Source of the DNA: Armatimonadota bacterium | Lineage (GTDB): Bacteria; Armatimonadota; UBA5829; DTLH01 | Assembly: GCA_039679675.1 (NCBI GenBank) | Contig: JBDKUN010000030.1 | Location: forward strand, 743 to 64,742 | DNA length: 64,000 bases | Direction: 5' to 3' | Shown here: piece after piece, positions 19,159 through 27,823 of the stretch | Layout: every line of letters begins with the position of its first letter | Position numbering within the stretch: position 1 is the first letter of the stretch | Made by a program: the position numbers and the translations under genes | Notes under the pieces: model-generated | What the model saw: the letters and a program-made list of their open reading frames with translations, nothing else | Told to the model about the DNA's origin: nothing | Databases searched by the model: none

Positions 19159-19301
19159 AATCAGCTCCCAGTTGAGCATTATCTGTTTTTAATACTCTAC
19201 GAGTAACGATTCACCCTTACACGCCACTTCGAAACAAATACGTCACTCTGCACAACTAATACATCACCCTAAACGAAGGGCCATCGCCCTGAACGAGGAG
19301 A

Positions 19302-19329
19302 CGTCACCCTGAACTTGATTCAGGGTCCA
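19302..19329. repeat. 28-bp hairpin repeat cgtcaccctgaacttgattcagggtcca, copy 1
   Basis: Exact match to 41099-41126; stem accctgaa/ttcagggt; preceded by degenerate tandem units tcaccctNaacg. Confidence 0.8.
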
Positions 19330-19431
19330 CCGGATTCCGAATCAAGTTCGGAATGGCGCTCTATTCATTCAGCATGACATTATATTCACAGTTTGTGAAC
19401 ACTCACATCAACATATGTTGACTATCACCGG

Positions 19432-20190
19432 CTATTTATTAGGCCCAATCCTCCAGCGGGATCCGGGATCGGAGGTAGTATTCGAGCCTTCTATGTTAGA
19501 AATCGGAACCATATCGGAATGTCCGTCCAAAAACAACACCGGGACCATCGACTTGGCGTCGCCTTGGCGCTGATGGTAGCTGCACCAGGTCACGACAGTA
19601 TCATCTGACGGGTTGCGGAACCTGAGCTGCCTTTTGTAGTCATAAGCATCATCTGAAGTAGTCGATGCGGCTTTGTATTGGCCTACATTATTCGTGGTAT
19701 CAGCCCACTTGGTGGTATACCGGACATCGTACGGGTAATTTGCCGTAGCAGTATCGTTTACTACTCCCGGTGTGTATATATCATAACTGCTGTATGCATA
19801 GTACCAGTAATCCTTGCCGTCATCTTTGGTCACTTTAACTGTCGCAGTGGTTGATGACGTTACTGCTAGCGGGCAGTGGAAGCCTTTGATAGACTTGACA
19901 TACTCCGGGTACAGACCACCGCCGGTCCTGGCACGCTCCAGCGGAACAGGTGTATTACCCTGAAACTCGACGTAACCAGCGAGTGAGTCCGGATACCGCC
20001 TGTTGTCCTGCTGGAACATCTTGATCGCTATAGCCAGGTTATGCAGGTTAGTCATACACTGAACCCGTCTAGCATTGTTCTTCACGGACCCCATTACCGG
20101 GAAAATAATCGCCGAAAGTATCGCAATGATCGCGATTACTGTGAGGAGTTCCACCAGGCTGAATCCCTGCTTACCGCGCATCGTTTTCAT
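19432..20190 (-). CDS. Prepilin-type pilin with C-terminal H-X9-DG-type (DUF1559-like) domain
   Basis: MKTMRGKQG/FSLVELLTVIAIIAIL prepilin leader with Glu+5; C-terminal TWCSYHQ...VLFLDGHSD motif; TNLHNLAIAIKMFQQD region typical of PVC-type DUF1559 pilins. Confidence 0.8.
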   Translation of the reverse strand: MKTMRGKQGFSLVELLTVIAIIAILSAIIFPVMGSVKNNARRVQCMTNLHNLAIAIKMFQQDNRRYPDSLAGYVEFQGNTPVPLERARTGGGLYPEYVKSIKGFHCPLAVTSSTTATVKVTKDDGKDYWYYAYSSYDIYTPGVVNDTATANYPYDVRYTTKWADTTNNVGQYKAASTTSDDAYDYKRQLRFRNPSDDTVVTWCSYHQRQGDAKSMVPVLFLDGHSDMVPISNIEGSNTTSDPGSRWRIGPNK

Positions 20191-20302
20191 ATCTCATCCC
20201 TCCAAGGCAGTTGATACCTGCTCTCCTTGTATATTATTGACTAACAGTTAAATTCGAATGTTCCTTTATATGCTATATAAACAGGCGAAATCGCATCGTT
20301 TA

Positions 20303-20935
20303 TCATTTCGGACGCGTATTCCACCTGCTTCCGACTGATCCATTATTGCCTTCGACGGCTGCAGCTGAGCATATGTCTGAATGACCATCATAAAACAACA
20401 CCGGCAGGCCGCCCTCTCTGTGATAGCTGCACCAAGTGATTACAGTGTTATCTTCAGCTTTTTTTGCACCGGGAAGCGATGGGTTGTAACGCAGCGCATC
20501 TGTGCCGAGCTTCACAACACCATCCGATTCTTTCGGCGTATATACATCGTAGCTGTCGTAAGCGTAGTATCTGCGGACTTTACCGCCTACCAGTATCTCC
20601 GCCACAGTATCTGTTCGTTCTACAGGTGATAACCGGCAGTGGAACCCTTTCATTACCTTAATGTACTCAGGATAGAGTCCTCTGCTCTTTCTAAAATGAA
20701 CAGCCTTCCCTGCGTCCATCTCTACATAACCCGCGAGACTTTCAGGAAACCCTTTATAGTCCTGTTCATACATCTTAAATCCAATAGCTATGTTGTGCAG
20801 GTTCGTCATACATGTGACTTTTGGACTAATAGGATCAACATACGCAAACATAGGAACCAGCACTGCGATAACAACTACAACCGCGAGTATTGCAACTATG
20901 GCCCCAAAAACGCTCCAGCCTCTACTGTTACGCAT
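20303..20935 (-). CDS. H-X9-DG-type pilin paralog with degenerate prepilin leader
   Basis: Paralog of 19432..20190 (shared CMTNLHNIAIGFKMYEQD, SLAGYVE, TWCSYHREGGLPVLFYDGHSD), but N-terminus MRNSRGWSVFGAIVAILAVVVV lacks Glu+5 and the F/T/L/I/E pattern. Confidence 0.7.
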   Translation of the reverse strand: MRNSRGWSVFGAIVAILAVVVVIAVLVPMFAYVDPISPKVTCMTNLHNIAIGFKMYEQDYKGFPESLAGYVEMDAGKAVHFRKSRGLYPEYIKVMKGFHCRLSPVERTDTVAEILVGGKVRRYYAYDSYDVYTPKESDGVVKLGTDALRYNPSLPGAKKAEDNTVITWCSYHREGGLPVLFYDGHSDICSAAAVEGNNGSVGSRWNTRPK

Positions 20936-20979
20936 AACACAGACCCCTCCCGGTTCTTTGCCGCTGCCTTAAATAAGCT

Positions 20980-21849
20980 CTAGAACCCGTGATGAAGAAA
21001 CTGCATATACCAATTGATTAACTGATTTCCAAAGAACATCGTGATCAGCACGCCACTGACCATCATCGGGCCGAACGGCAGCGTATTGCTGTTTTCCTGC
21101 CCTTTATGGGCGATCATCCACCCGATCCCTATAATACTGCCTGCAAAAACGGCGATGAAAAACGACAATAACGCCAATCCCAGCCCCAAACCGCTCGTAA
21201 CAGCCCCGCAAAAGACTGCACCGATCGCACCGGCAAGTTTGACATCACCGCCGCCCATCGCCTCCTTTTTGAAAGCTCTTGTGCCAAGCTCCGCTATAGC
21301 TAAAAATATGCCGCCGCATATAAACAATCCGGCGACAGACCACAACATCGGAATCTCAATACCGGTAAACGGTACTGGAATATGGAGGAGGGTATGCCCC
21401 TCCTCATGCATCACTAATCCGTAAATGTCCCGAACTACCCCTATGCTCATTCCGAACCACACCGAAAGCTGGTCTGGAATGACCCAGTGCTCCAGGTCGA
21501 TAAAAAACACCGCTATCAGCGCAGCCGTAAAAAGCGCGTAGAGAAAGAAATTGACCGCAAAACCATATTCGGCGAAAAGCGCCACGGATATAAGCCCTGT
21601 AATCAACTCTACAGTAAAATACCGCCAGCTTATCGGCTCGCCGCAGTAGCGGCATTTACATCTAAGCATCAAAAAGCTCAAAAGCGGAATATTATCTATC
21701 CATCTAAGCTTTTTGTTGCATTTTGGGCAGTGCGACGGCGGATAGATGATCGACTGCTCTATCGGCATCCGGTAGATACAGACGTTCAAAAAGCTGCCGA
21801 TTACAGCGCCATAAATAAATACAACAAGCGCCCAAAACCAAAACTGCAC
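20980..21849 (-). CDS. pilD: Prepilin peptidase (A24 family, PilD/GspO-like)
   Basis: 289 aa polytopic protein with N-terminal CPKCNKKL...CKCRYCGEPIS tetracysteine zinc-finger typical of PilD and multiple TM helices. Confidence 0.85.
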   Translation of the reverse strand: MQFWFWALVVFIYGAVIGSFLNVCIYRMPIEQSIIYPPSHCPKCNKKLRWIDNIPLLSFLMLRCKCRYCGEPISWRYFTVELITGLISVALFAEYGFAVNFFLYALFTAALIAVFFIDLEHWVIPDQLSVWFGMSIGVVRDIYGLVMHEEGHTLLHIPVPFTGIEIPMLWSVAGLFICGGIFLAIAELGTRAFKKEAMGGGDVKLAGAIGAVFCGAVTSGLGLGLALLSFFIAVFAGSIIGIGWMIAHKGQENSNTLPFGPMMVSGVLITMFFGNQLINWYMQFLHHGF

Positions 21850-21854
21850 TAAGA

Positions 21855-23078
21855 CTACTCCGATGCGCCAGAAAGATTCTGAATTACCGCAATAAGCGGC
21901 AGGAAGATCGATATAACAATAAACCCTACCGCTCCTCCGAGGAATACGATCATAACAGGCTCAATAGTCGCCGTAAGACTGTCAAGCGCGGCATCAACCT
22001 CAGCCTCATAGAACTCAGCGACTTTATGAAGCATCGGATCGAGTGCACCGGACTCCTCACCGATGGAGATCATCTGGACAACCATCGGAGGGAACAGTTT
22101 ACTTCTCTGCAACGGGTCTCCGATCCGGTCACCTTCCCGAATCCTTGCCCTTGCTTCAAGTATGGCATCGCTTACAATCTCATTCGAGACCGTTCCTGCA
22201 ACCGTTTCAAGTGCCTGCAGGATCGGGACTCCTGAAGCAAGCAGTGTCCCAAGCGTTCTCGAGAACCTGGCAAGAACGATTTTGTGATTCAGTTTTCCAA
22301 AGACCGGAGCCTTCAGTTTAAACCTGTCATAAACACGCCTGCCGGCCTTCGACTTGATAAACAGCTTGAAAGCGATGACAAACACCACCAGGCATACGAT
22401 CATGATATACCACTTGCTGGTCAGAAAGTGGCTGAATCCCATCAGCAATCTTGTAGGCGCAGGAAACTCTTTGACACCGAGGTCATCGAACAGGGACATA
22501 AACTTAGGCAGGATGAACGTAACCAGGCCGATTACGATACCGACAGCCACGATCATAACAATGATCGGATAAGTCATCGCTGACTTGACCTTTCGCCGTA
22601 GTTCCATGTCGCCTTCAAGGAACTGCGAAAGCCTCTGTAAGCTTTCCTCAAGAACACCGCCGACTTCGCCTGCCTTGATCAGACCGATAAACAGGTTCGA
22701 GAACACGTTCGGGTACTTGCTCAGCGCTCTTGAGAGTGTCTGGCCTGCCTCTACTTCCATCTGCATGTCGTTGATGATCCTTTTGAGCTTCGGGCTTACC
22801 GTCTGCTCCGCAAGGACGGACAGGCACCTGACCATCGACACACCGGCGTCAATCATAGTGGAAAACTGACGGCAAAAGACCGAAAGGTCGCTCAGCTTTA
22901 TCCTTCCGAACCCTCCGCCAGCATTCTTCTTCTTAGCGCCTTTGGTTTCTTTGATGTCGACAACCGTAAATCCCTGCTCGGTCAGCCTCCGCCTCAGCAA
23001 TCCTTCACTTTCGGCCTCGACTGTTCCGGGGATCTGGTTTCCGCTTGCATCACGTACTGTGTATGCAAAATTTGGCAT
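21855..23078 (-). CDS. pilC: Type IV pilus / T2SS inner-membrane platform protein (PilC/GspF family)
   Basis: 407 aa with duplicated GspF-like cytoplasmic domains and 3 TM segments; N-terminus MPNFAYTVRDASGNQIPGTVEAESEGLLRRRLTEQGFTVVDI is a typical PilC opening. Confidence 0.85.
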   Translation of the reverse strand: MPNFAYTVRDASGNQIPGTVEAESEGLLRRRLTEQGFTVVDIKETKGAKKKNAGGGFGRIKLSDLSVFCRQFSTMIDAGVSMVRCLSVLAEQTVSPKLKRIINDMQMEVEAGQTLSRALSKYPNVFSNLFIGLIKAGEVGGVLEESLQRLSQFLEGDMELRRKVKSAMTYPIIVMIVAVGIVIGLVTFILPKFMSLFDDLGVKEFPAPTRLLMGFSHFLTSKWYIMIVCLVVFVIAFKLFIKSKAGRRVYDRFKLKAPVFGKLNHKIVLARFSRTLGTLLASGVPILQALETVAGTVSNEIVSDAILEARARIREGDRIGDPLQRSKLFPPMVVQMISIGEESGALDPMLHKVAEFYEAEVDAALDSLTATIEPVMIVFLGGAVGFIVISIFLPLIAVIQNLSGASE

Positions 23079-23201
23079 ATGCCTTCACTCCTATCCTGAT
23101 TCGTATTCCTAATCCGTAGTTCGAAGGTATTTATAAAGTATGAACTAAGGCCGGCCTTACAGTCTGCAAGAACACACGGACTGGACTACGAAACTTTTGT
23201 A

Positions 23202-24398
23202 CTATCTCCTGTTCATGCCGTTCGGTACGTCCGTCGACATCGGCGCAGCGATCATTTTCTTGAGTTCTTCAGGGTTCATAGCACGCGTCATAGCATCATC
23301 ATAAGTAATGGCGCCTCTATGATAGAGTTCCCTCAAGTGCTGGTCCATCGTCTGCATACCAACATTGGCGCTCGTCTGGATAATAGACGTAATCTGGTGG
23401 CTCTTCGCCTCTCGGATAAGGTTCCTGATAGCCGGAGTAGCTATCATAATCTCCATCGCGCAGACTCGTCCGGGCATACCGGCCCTCGGCATGAGCTGCT
23501 GGCAGAGGACGGCTTCCAAACTGTTCGAAAGCATCAATCGTATCTGGTCCTGCTGGTTTGCAGGGAATGAATCTACGATCCTGTCGACTGTCGATGCGGC
23601 ACTGTTCGTGTGCAGCGTGGCGAAAACAAGGTGTCCTGTTTCTGCAGCGCGGATTGCGTTCGACATCGTCTCAAGGTCTCTCATCTCACCGACCAGTATC
23701 ACGTCAGGATCTTCTCGAAGGGCAGCCCTTAGGGCATTTGCGAACTCATGTGTATCCTGGCCGACTTCGCGCTGGTTGATAATACAATATTTATGCTGAT
23801 GCAGATATTCAACCGGGTCCTCGATTGTGATGATATGGCAGCTTCGCTCATTATTCATCTGGTTGATCATAGCCGCAAGCGATGTAGACTTGCCGCTTCC
23901 CGTCGGCCCGGTAACAATGATCATACCTCTTGGCCTTCGGGTAAGTTCCTCCAGAATCGGAGGAAGCCCCAGGTCTTGTATGGTCGGAATCTTCGTCGGG
24001 ATCAACCTGAAAGCCCCTGCGACAGCACCTTTATCACGATACACATTGACACGGAACCGTGCTACCTTACCAAGAGCATATGAAAGGTCAAGCTCAAGAT
24101 TCTCTTCAAACCGCTGTATCTGCTCATCCGAGAGAATATCGTACATAATTCTCTGGCATTGGATGGTCTCGACCCTTGTATAGTTAAGCGGTAAAAGCTG
24201 ACCGTCGACGCGGATAATCGGCGGTACACCCACACAGAGATGCAGGTCCGATGCGCCTTTCTCTACTACAATTCTGAGAAGATCATCGACGTGTGTATCG
24301 CCTATCTCAATCGGCTTGTTCGCGTTTTGAGTCTGAGTTATCTGCGCAGCCTGCTCCGGCGGAATCTGCTGTGCATGGTTTGTTATCTGCTGTTCCAA
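23202..24398 (-). CDS. pilT: PilT-type retraction ATPase (twitching motility protein family)
   Basis: Walker A GPTGSGKSTSLAAMI; PilT/PilU-size core with an N-terminal extension of about 35 aa; ...DPIE...RE... motifs. Confidence 0.8.
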   Translation of the reverse strand: MEQQITNHAQQIPPEQAAQITQTQNANKPIEIGDTHVDDLLRIVVEKGASDLHLCVGVPPIIRVDGQLLPLNYTRVETIQCQRIMYDILSDEQIQRFEENLELDLSYALGKVARFRVNVYRDKGAVAGAFRLIPTKIPTIQDLGLPPILEELTRRPRGMIIVTGPTGSGKSTSLAAMINQMNNERSCHIITIEDPVEYLHQHKYCIINQREVGQDTHEFANALRAALREDPDVILVGEMRDLETMSNAIRAAETGHLVFATLHTNSAASTVDRIVDSFPANQQDQIRLMLSNSLEAVLCQQLMPRAGMPGRVCAMEIMIATPAIRNLIREAKSHQITSIIQTSANVGMQTMDQHLRELYHRGAITYDDAMTRAMNPEELKKMIAAPMSTDVPNGMNRR

Positions 24399-24479
24399 TC
24401 CCTATTGCCTCCGACTAAAGAAAGTTCAGAGTTCAAAGTGCAGTGTGCACAGTTCATGCACCCGCACCAAATACCTCTA

Positions 24480-26246
24480 TTAATGTCCCGCGGTGAAGAC
24501 TACTCTCATAATCTCATCCGGGGTCGTCAAACCTTCAAGAACCTTTGTGAGTCCGTCTTCGCGAAGCTCATGCATACCGTTTGCCTTGGCAGCTTCGCGG
24601 ACATCGGCGAGCGGAGCGCGCCTTACGACAAGCTCGGCGATCTCATCGTTCATTCTCATCAATTCGTAAAGGCCGACCCGGCCTTTGTAACCTGTCTGCC
24701 TGCATACTTCGCATCCAGTGCCCCGGTAAAGCGTAACCGGCTGCTCTGGATCATCGGTCTTCATCCCAAACCGTCTGAGTTCCTTTGCCGCCACGGTGTA
24801 GCTGGTCTTGCAGTTCTGGCAAACTCTTCTTGCAAGCCTCTGTGCAAGGACTCCGATAATCGTCGCCGAAATAAGGAACGGTTCGACACCCATATCCACA
24901 AGCCTGATAACGCACGAAGGAGCATCGTTCGTGTGAAGCGTCGAAAGAAGGAGGTGTCCTGTAAGCGCCGCTTCGACAGCGACCTCAGCCGTCTCAAGGT
25001 CTCGGATTTCACCGACCATGATGATATCAGGGTCCTGTCTCAGGAAACATCTCAGCGCGCTGGAGAACGTAAGTCCTGCTTTTCTGTTTACATGCACCTG
25101 GGATATTCCGCTTAGCTGGTACTCGACAGGGTCTTCGACCGTAATAATGTTCTTATCGACCGTATTGATCTTGTGCAGAACGGAATACTGTGTAGTCGTC
25201 TTTCCGCTACCCGTTGGCCCCGTCGAAAGGAACATACCGTTCGGCTGCTGTGTGATCTCATCGATCTGCGCCTGCGTCTCCGGTGTAAACCCGAGTTTGT
25301 TCAAGCCGAGGAGAACGCTCGATTTATCGAGGATTCTCATAACGATCTTTTCGCCGTGAATGGTAGGAAGACAGGATACACGGAGGTCATAGTCTTTATT
25401 TTCCCAGCGGATCGGGATACGCCCATCCTGAGGGATTCGCCGCTCGGCGATGTTCATATCGGCCATAATCTTGAGGCGCGAGATAAGCGGAGCCTGGATA
25501 TATTTAGGAAGCGACATAACTTCGTGCAAAACGCCGTCAATTCTATAACGGACGCGCATGCCGCGCCGGTCCGGCTCTACGTGAATATCACTAGCCGCGT
25601 CGCGGATCGCCTGCTGGATGATAGTGTGGGCAATACGGATGATCGGCGCTTCTTCAGCGGCCTGGCGGACCTGGTTTTCATCGTCCTCCACCACCTCTTC
25701 GTGCGCGCCGTAAGTAGCAATCGCTTCACTGATCGAGGACATTCCCGTGCTACCGCTGCCGCCGTTAGTCGGGGCGTTCACTGCGGGAACCGCAGCGCCG
25801 TTATCCGATGATGTCTTATAAATGCGGCGGATTGCGTCATCTACATCGTCTTCGGTCGCAAGGACTGTCATTATTTGAGCGCCGCCCACTACAAGCCTGA
25901 CATCCTGAAGAGCCATCGGGTTACCGGGGTCGGACATGGCGACGATCATCTTCCCGCCGACTTTGCCTATGGCAATGAGTTTATGCTGTTTAGAGATACG
26001 TTCGGGGATCGAGGTGGCGATCGACTCATCAATCTTCTGCGTGGAAAGATCGACGAACTGCATTCCTGAGACTTCGGCCTTGGCCTTTATGACTTCCTTA
26101 TCAGTGGCAAAGCCCAGGTCGATTATGATCCGACCGATATCACCAGGCGCGCTGCGCTGTGCATCCCGCGCCTGAGCAAGCTCCTCCGCCGTGATTATTT
26201 TCTTAGCGACGAGCACCTCGCCCAGATCTTTTCTCGCCATTACCAT
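24480..26246 (-). CDS. pilB: PilB/GspE-type assembly ATPase
   Basis: 588 aa; N-terminal T2SSE_N/GSPII-like domain (LGEVLVAKKIITAEELAQA); Walker A GPTGSGKTTT; CxxC...CxxC tetracysteine motif (CQNCK...CEVC). Confidence 0.85.
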   Translation of the reverse strand: MVMARKDLGEVLVAKKIITAEELAQARDAQRSAPGDIGRIIIDLGFATDKEVIKAKAEVSGMQFVDLSTQKIDESIATSIPERISKQHKLIAIGKVGGKMIVAMSDPGNPMALQDVRLVVGGAQIMTVLATEDDVDDAIRRIYKTSSDNGAAVPAVNAPTNGGSGSTGMSSISEAIATYGAHEEVVEDDENQVRQAAEEAPIIRIAHTIIQQAIRDAASDIHVEPDRRGMRVRYRIDGVLHEVMSLPKYIQAPLISRLKIMADMNIAERRIPQDGRIPIRWENKDYDLRVSCLPTIHGEKIVMRILDKSSVLLGLNKLGFTPETQAQIDEITQQPNGMFLSTGPTGSGKTTTQYSVLHKINTVDKNIITVEDPVEYQLSGISQVHVNRKAGLTFSSALRCFLRQDPDIIMVGEIRDLETAEVAVEAALTGHLLLSTLHTNDAPSCVIRLVDMGVEPFLISATIIGVLAQRLARRVCQNCKTSYTVAAKELRRFGMKTDDPEQPVTLYRGTGCEVCRQTGYKGRVGLYELMRMNDEIAELVVRRAPLADVREAAKANGMHELREDGLTKVLEGLTTPDEIMRVVFTAGH

Positions 26247-26388
26247 TGCTTAAGCACCTCTCCATACCCCTCGAAGATAAAATTCAACGGAACAAAGAAA
26301 CATCCCTTTGCTCCATGCGTAGCCGGGGCGAAACCTTCGATATGATTATCCACAGTAATCCGCGGTAAATGTGAGCCATTAATTATAG

Positions 26389-26397
26389 ATTATAGCA
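26389..26397 (-). promoter_or_regulatory. Candidate extended -10 element (TGCTATAAT) upstream of pilB
   Basis: Reverse complement of attatagca at 26389-26397 reads TGCTATAAT, about 140 nt upstream of the pilB ATG in the aroE-pilB spacer; no clear -35. Confidence 0.3.
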
Positions 26398-26408
26398 TTA
26401 AACAGGCT

Positions 26409-27269
26409 CTACCGGCTACTGCTGCCCAGCCGCTTCATGAGAGCGGCTTTCATCGTATGGATCAAAGGTTCGATACCCGTCCATATCTTAAATGACAGCG
26501 CTCCCTGATAAACAAGCATATCAAGCCCGTTTACGGTTTGCGCCCCTGCGGCTTCCGCAGCTTCGAGAAGGGCGGTCTTGACCGGGTTATATACAAGATC
26601 GTATACAACCATACCTCGCCTAAGCGCTTCTGCCGGAACAGGTGTCTTTCCAATATCAGGATACATTCCGACCGGCGTGCAATTCACCAGTAAATCAGCT
26701 TCAAGCCCCGAACATAAAGTCTGGAGCCTGGAAATATCTCCTGCACCGCACTCCCTGCCCAGAGACCTGATGTCCTCCGCCAGCCGTTCAGCTTTTGTCA
26801 ATGACCGGCTAAATACCGTCACTTCTGCTCCGGCTTTTGCCAATGCAAATGTTACCGCTCTGCCGGACCCACCGGCCCCAAGAACAACCGCGGTCTTCCC
26901 TTCGGGAGAAAACCCCGATTCTTCGAGCGATCTCAAAAACCCGGCTCCGTCTGTGCTCATTCCTGTCAGTCTTCCGTCGATATTGACTATCGTGTTGACC
27001 GAACCGACTTCGCGGGCATCGCCTGCAACCTCGTCCAGAAGCTCGATCACAGCCTCTTTATGAGGTATCGTAACATTAACGCCTGATACTCCAAGTGCGC
27101 AGACTCCGCAAAGAGCCTGCGTGAGATTTTCAGGCGTCACATCGAAAGGAACATAAACATAATTCAGGCCAAGAGACTCAATAACGGCGTTATGCATCAC
27201 CGGAGACAGGCTGTGCCCGACCGGATGGCCGAACACCCCCAAAACCTTAGTCTTGCCTGATACGAACAC
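26409..27269 (-). CDS. aroE: Shikimate dehydrogenase
   Basis: MFVSGKTKVLGVFGHPVGHSLSPVMHNA substrate-binding N-terminus; GAGG NADP-binding glycine motif (VVLGAGGSGRAV). Confidence 0.85.
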   Translation of the reverse strand: MFVSGKTKVLGVFGHPVGHSLSPVMHNAVIESLGLNYVYVPFDVTPENLTQALCGVCALGVSGVNVTIPHKEAVIELLDEVAGDAREVGSVNTIVNIDGRLTGMSTDGAGFLRSLEESGFSPEGKTAVVLGAGGSGRAVTFALAKAGAEVTVFSRSLTKAERLAEDIRSLGRECGAGDISRLQTLCSGLEADLLVNCTPVGMYPDIGKTPVPAEALRRGMVVYDLVYNPVKTALLEAAEAAGAQTVNGLDMLVYQGALSFKIWTGIEPLIHTMKAALMKRLGSSSR

Positions 27270-27272
27270 CTT

Positions 27273-27794
27273 TTATTCCTGTATTTCTGACGCTTTGTCC
27301 GGCGCCTTTGTTCCAAGCATGCCTTTCTTCAAAAGGTATGCCATTATCCGGTGTTCCAGCAGTCTGCTGAACTTGGTTCCGATAAACTCTTTCCTGTGCA
27401 TCGGTTTGACGAGGATCGTCAGAATAGAAAGCCTGTTGCCCCCTATTATATCCGTCAAAATCTGGTCTCCGATTATAGCAGTCGTTTCAGGAGTCGCTTC
27501 CATCGACTCCATAACCTCACGCAGTCCTTTTCTCCTGGGTTTGATGAGCTTATCCCTGCATGGTATCCCCAATTCTTCAGCTACAGCACGAAGCCTTGCC
27601 GGATTGTGGGTATTTGAGGCTATACAGAGCTTTATCCCCCGGTCCAGCGCATTTCGAACCCACTTAGCCGACTGCACGGGCACATTATGGTCTTTCCAGG
27701 GCAGGATCGTATTGTCCAGATCGAGCATAATAGCCTTGATCCCACGTGAGACAAGGTCATCCAGGTCCACATCCACGAGAGATGAAACGTACAT
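27273..27794 (-). CDS. HAD-superfamily (subfamily IIIA, YqeG-like) phosphatase
   Basis: IMLDLDNTILPW (DxD HAD motif I), 173 aa; yqeG-aroE adjacency as in Firmicutes. Confidence 0.7.
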   Translation of the reverse strand: MYVSSLVDVDLDDLVSRGIKAIMLDLDNTILPWKDHNVPVQSAKWVRNALDRGIKLCIASNTHNPARLRAVAEELGIPCRDKLIKPRRKGLREVMESMEATPETTAIIGDQILTDIIGGNRLSILTILVKPMHRKEFIGTKFSRLLEHRIMAYLLKKGMLGTKAPDKASEIQE

Positions 27795-27823
27795 CCCCGG
27801 GCAGAGGATATCTATCAGTTTTT

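Noticed and set aside
19205-19310. Possible CRISPR-like array (tandem tcaccctNaacg units)
   Set aside because: The units are only about 20 bp, degenerate, with irregular 18-33 bp spacing and no spacer/repeat alternation. They are part of the REP-like element, not a CRISPR array.
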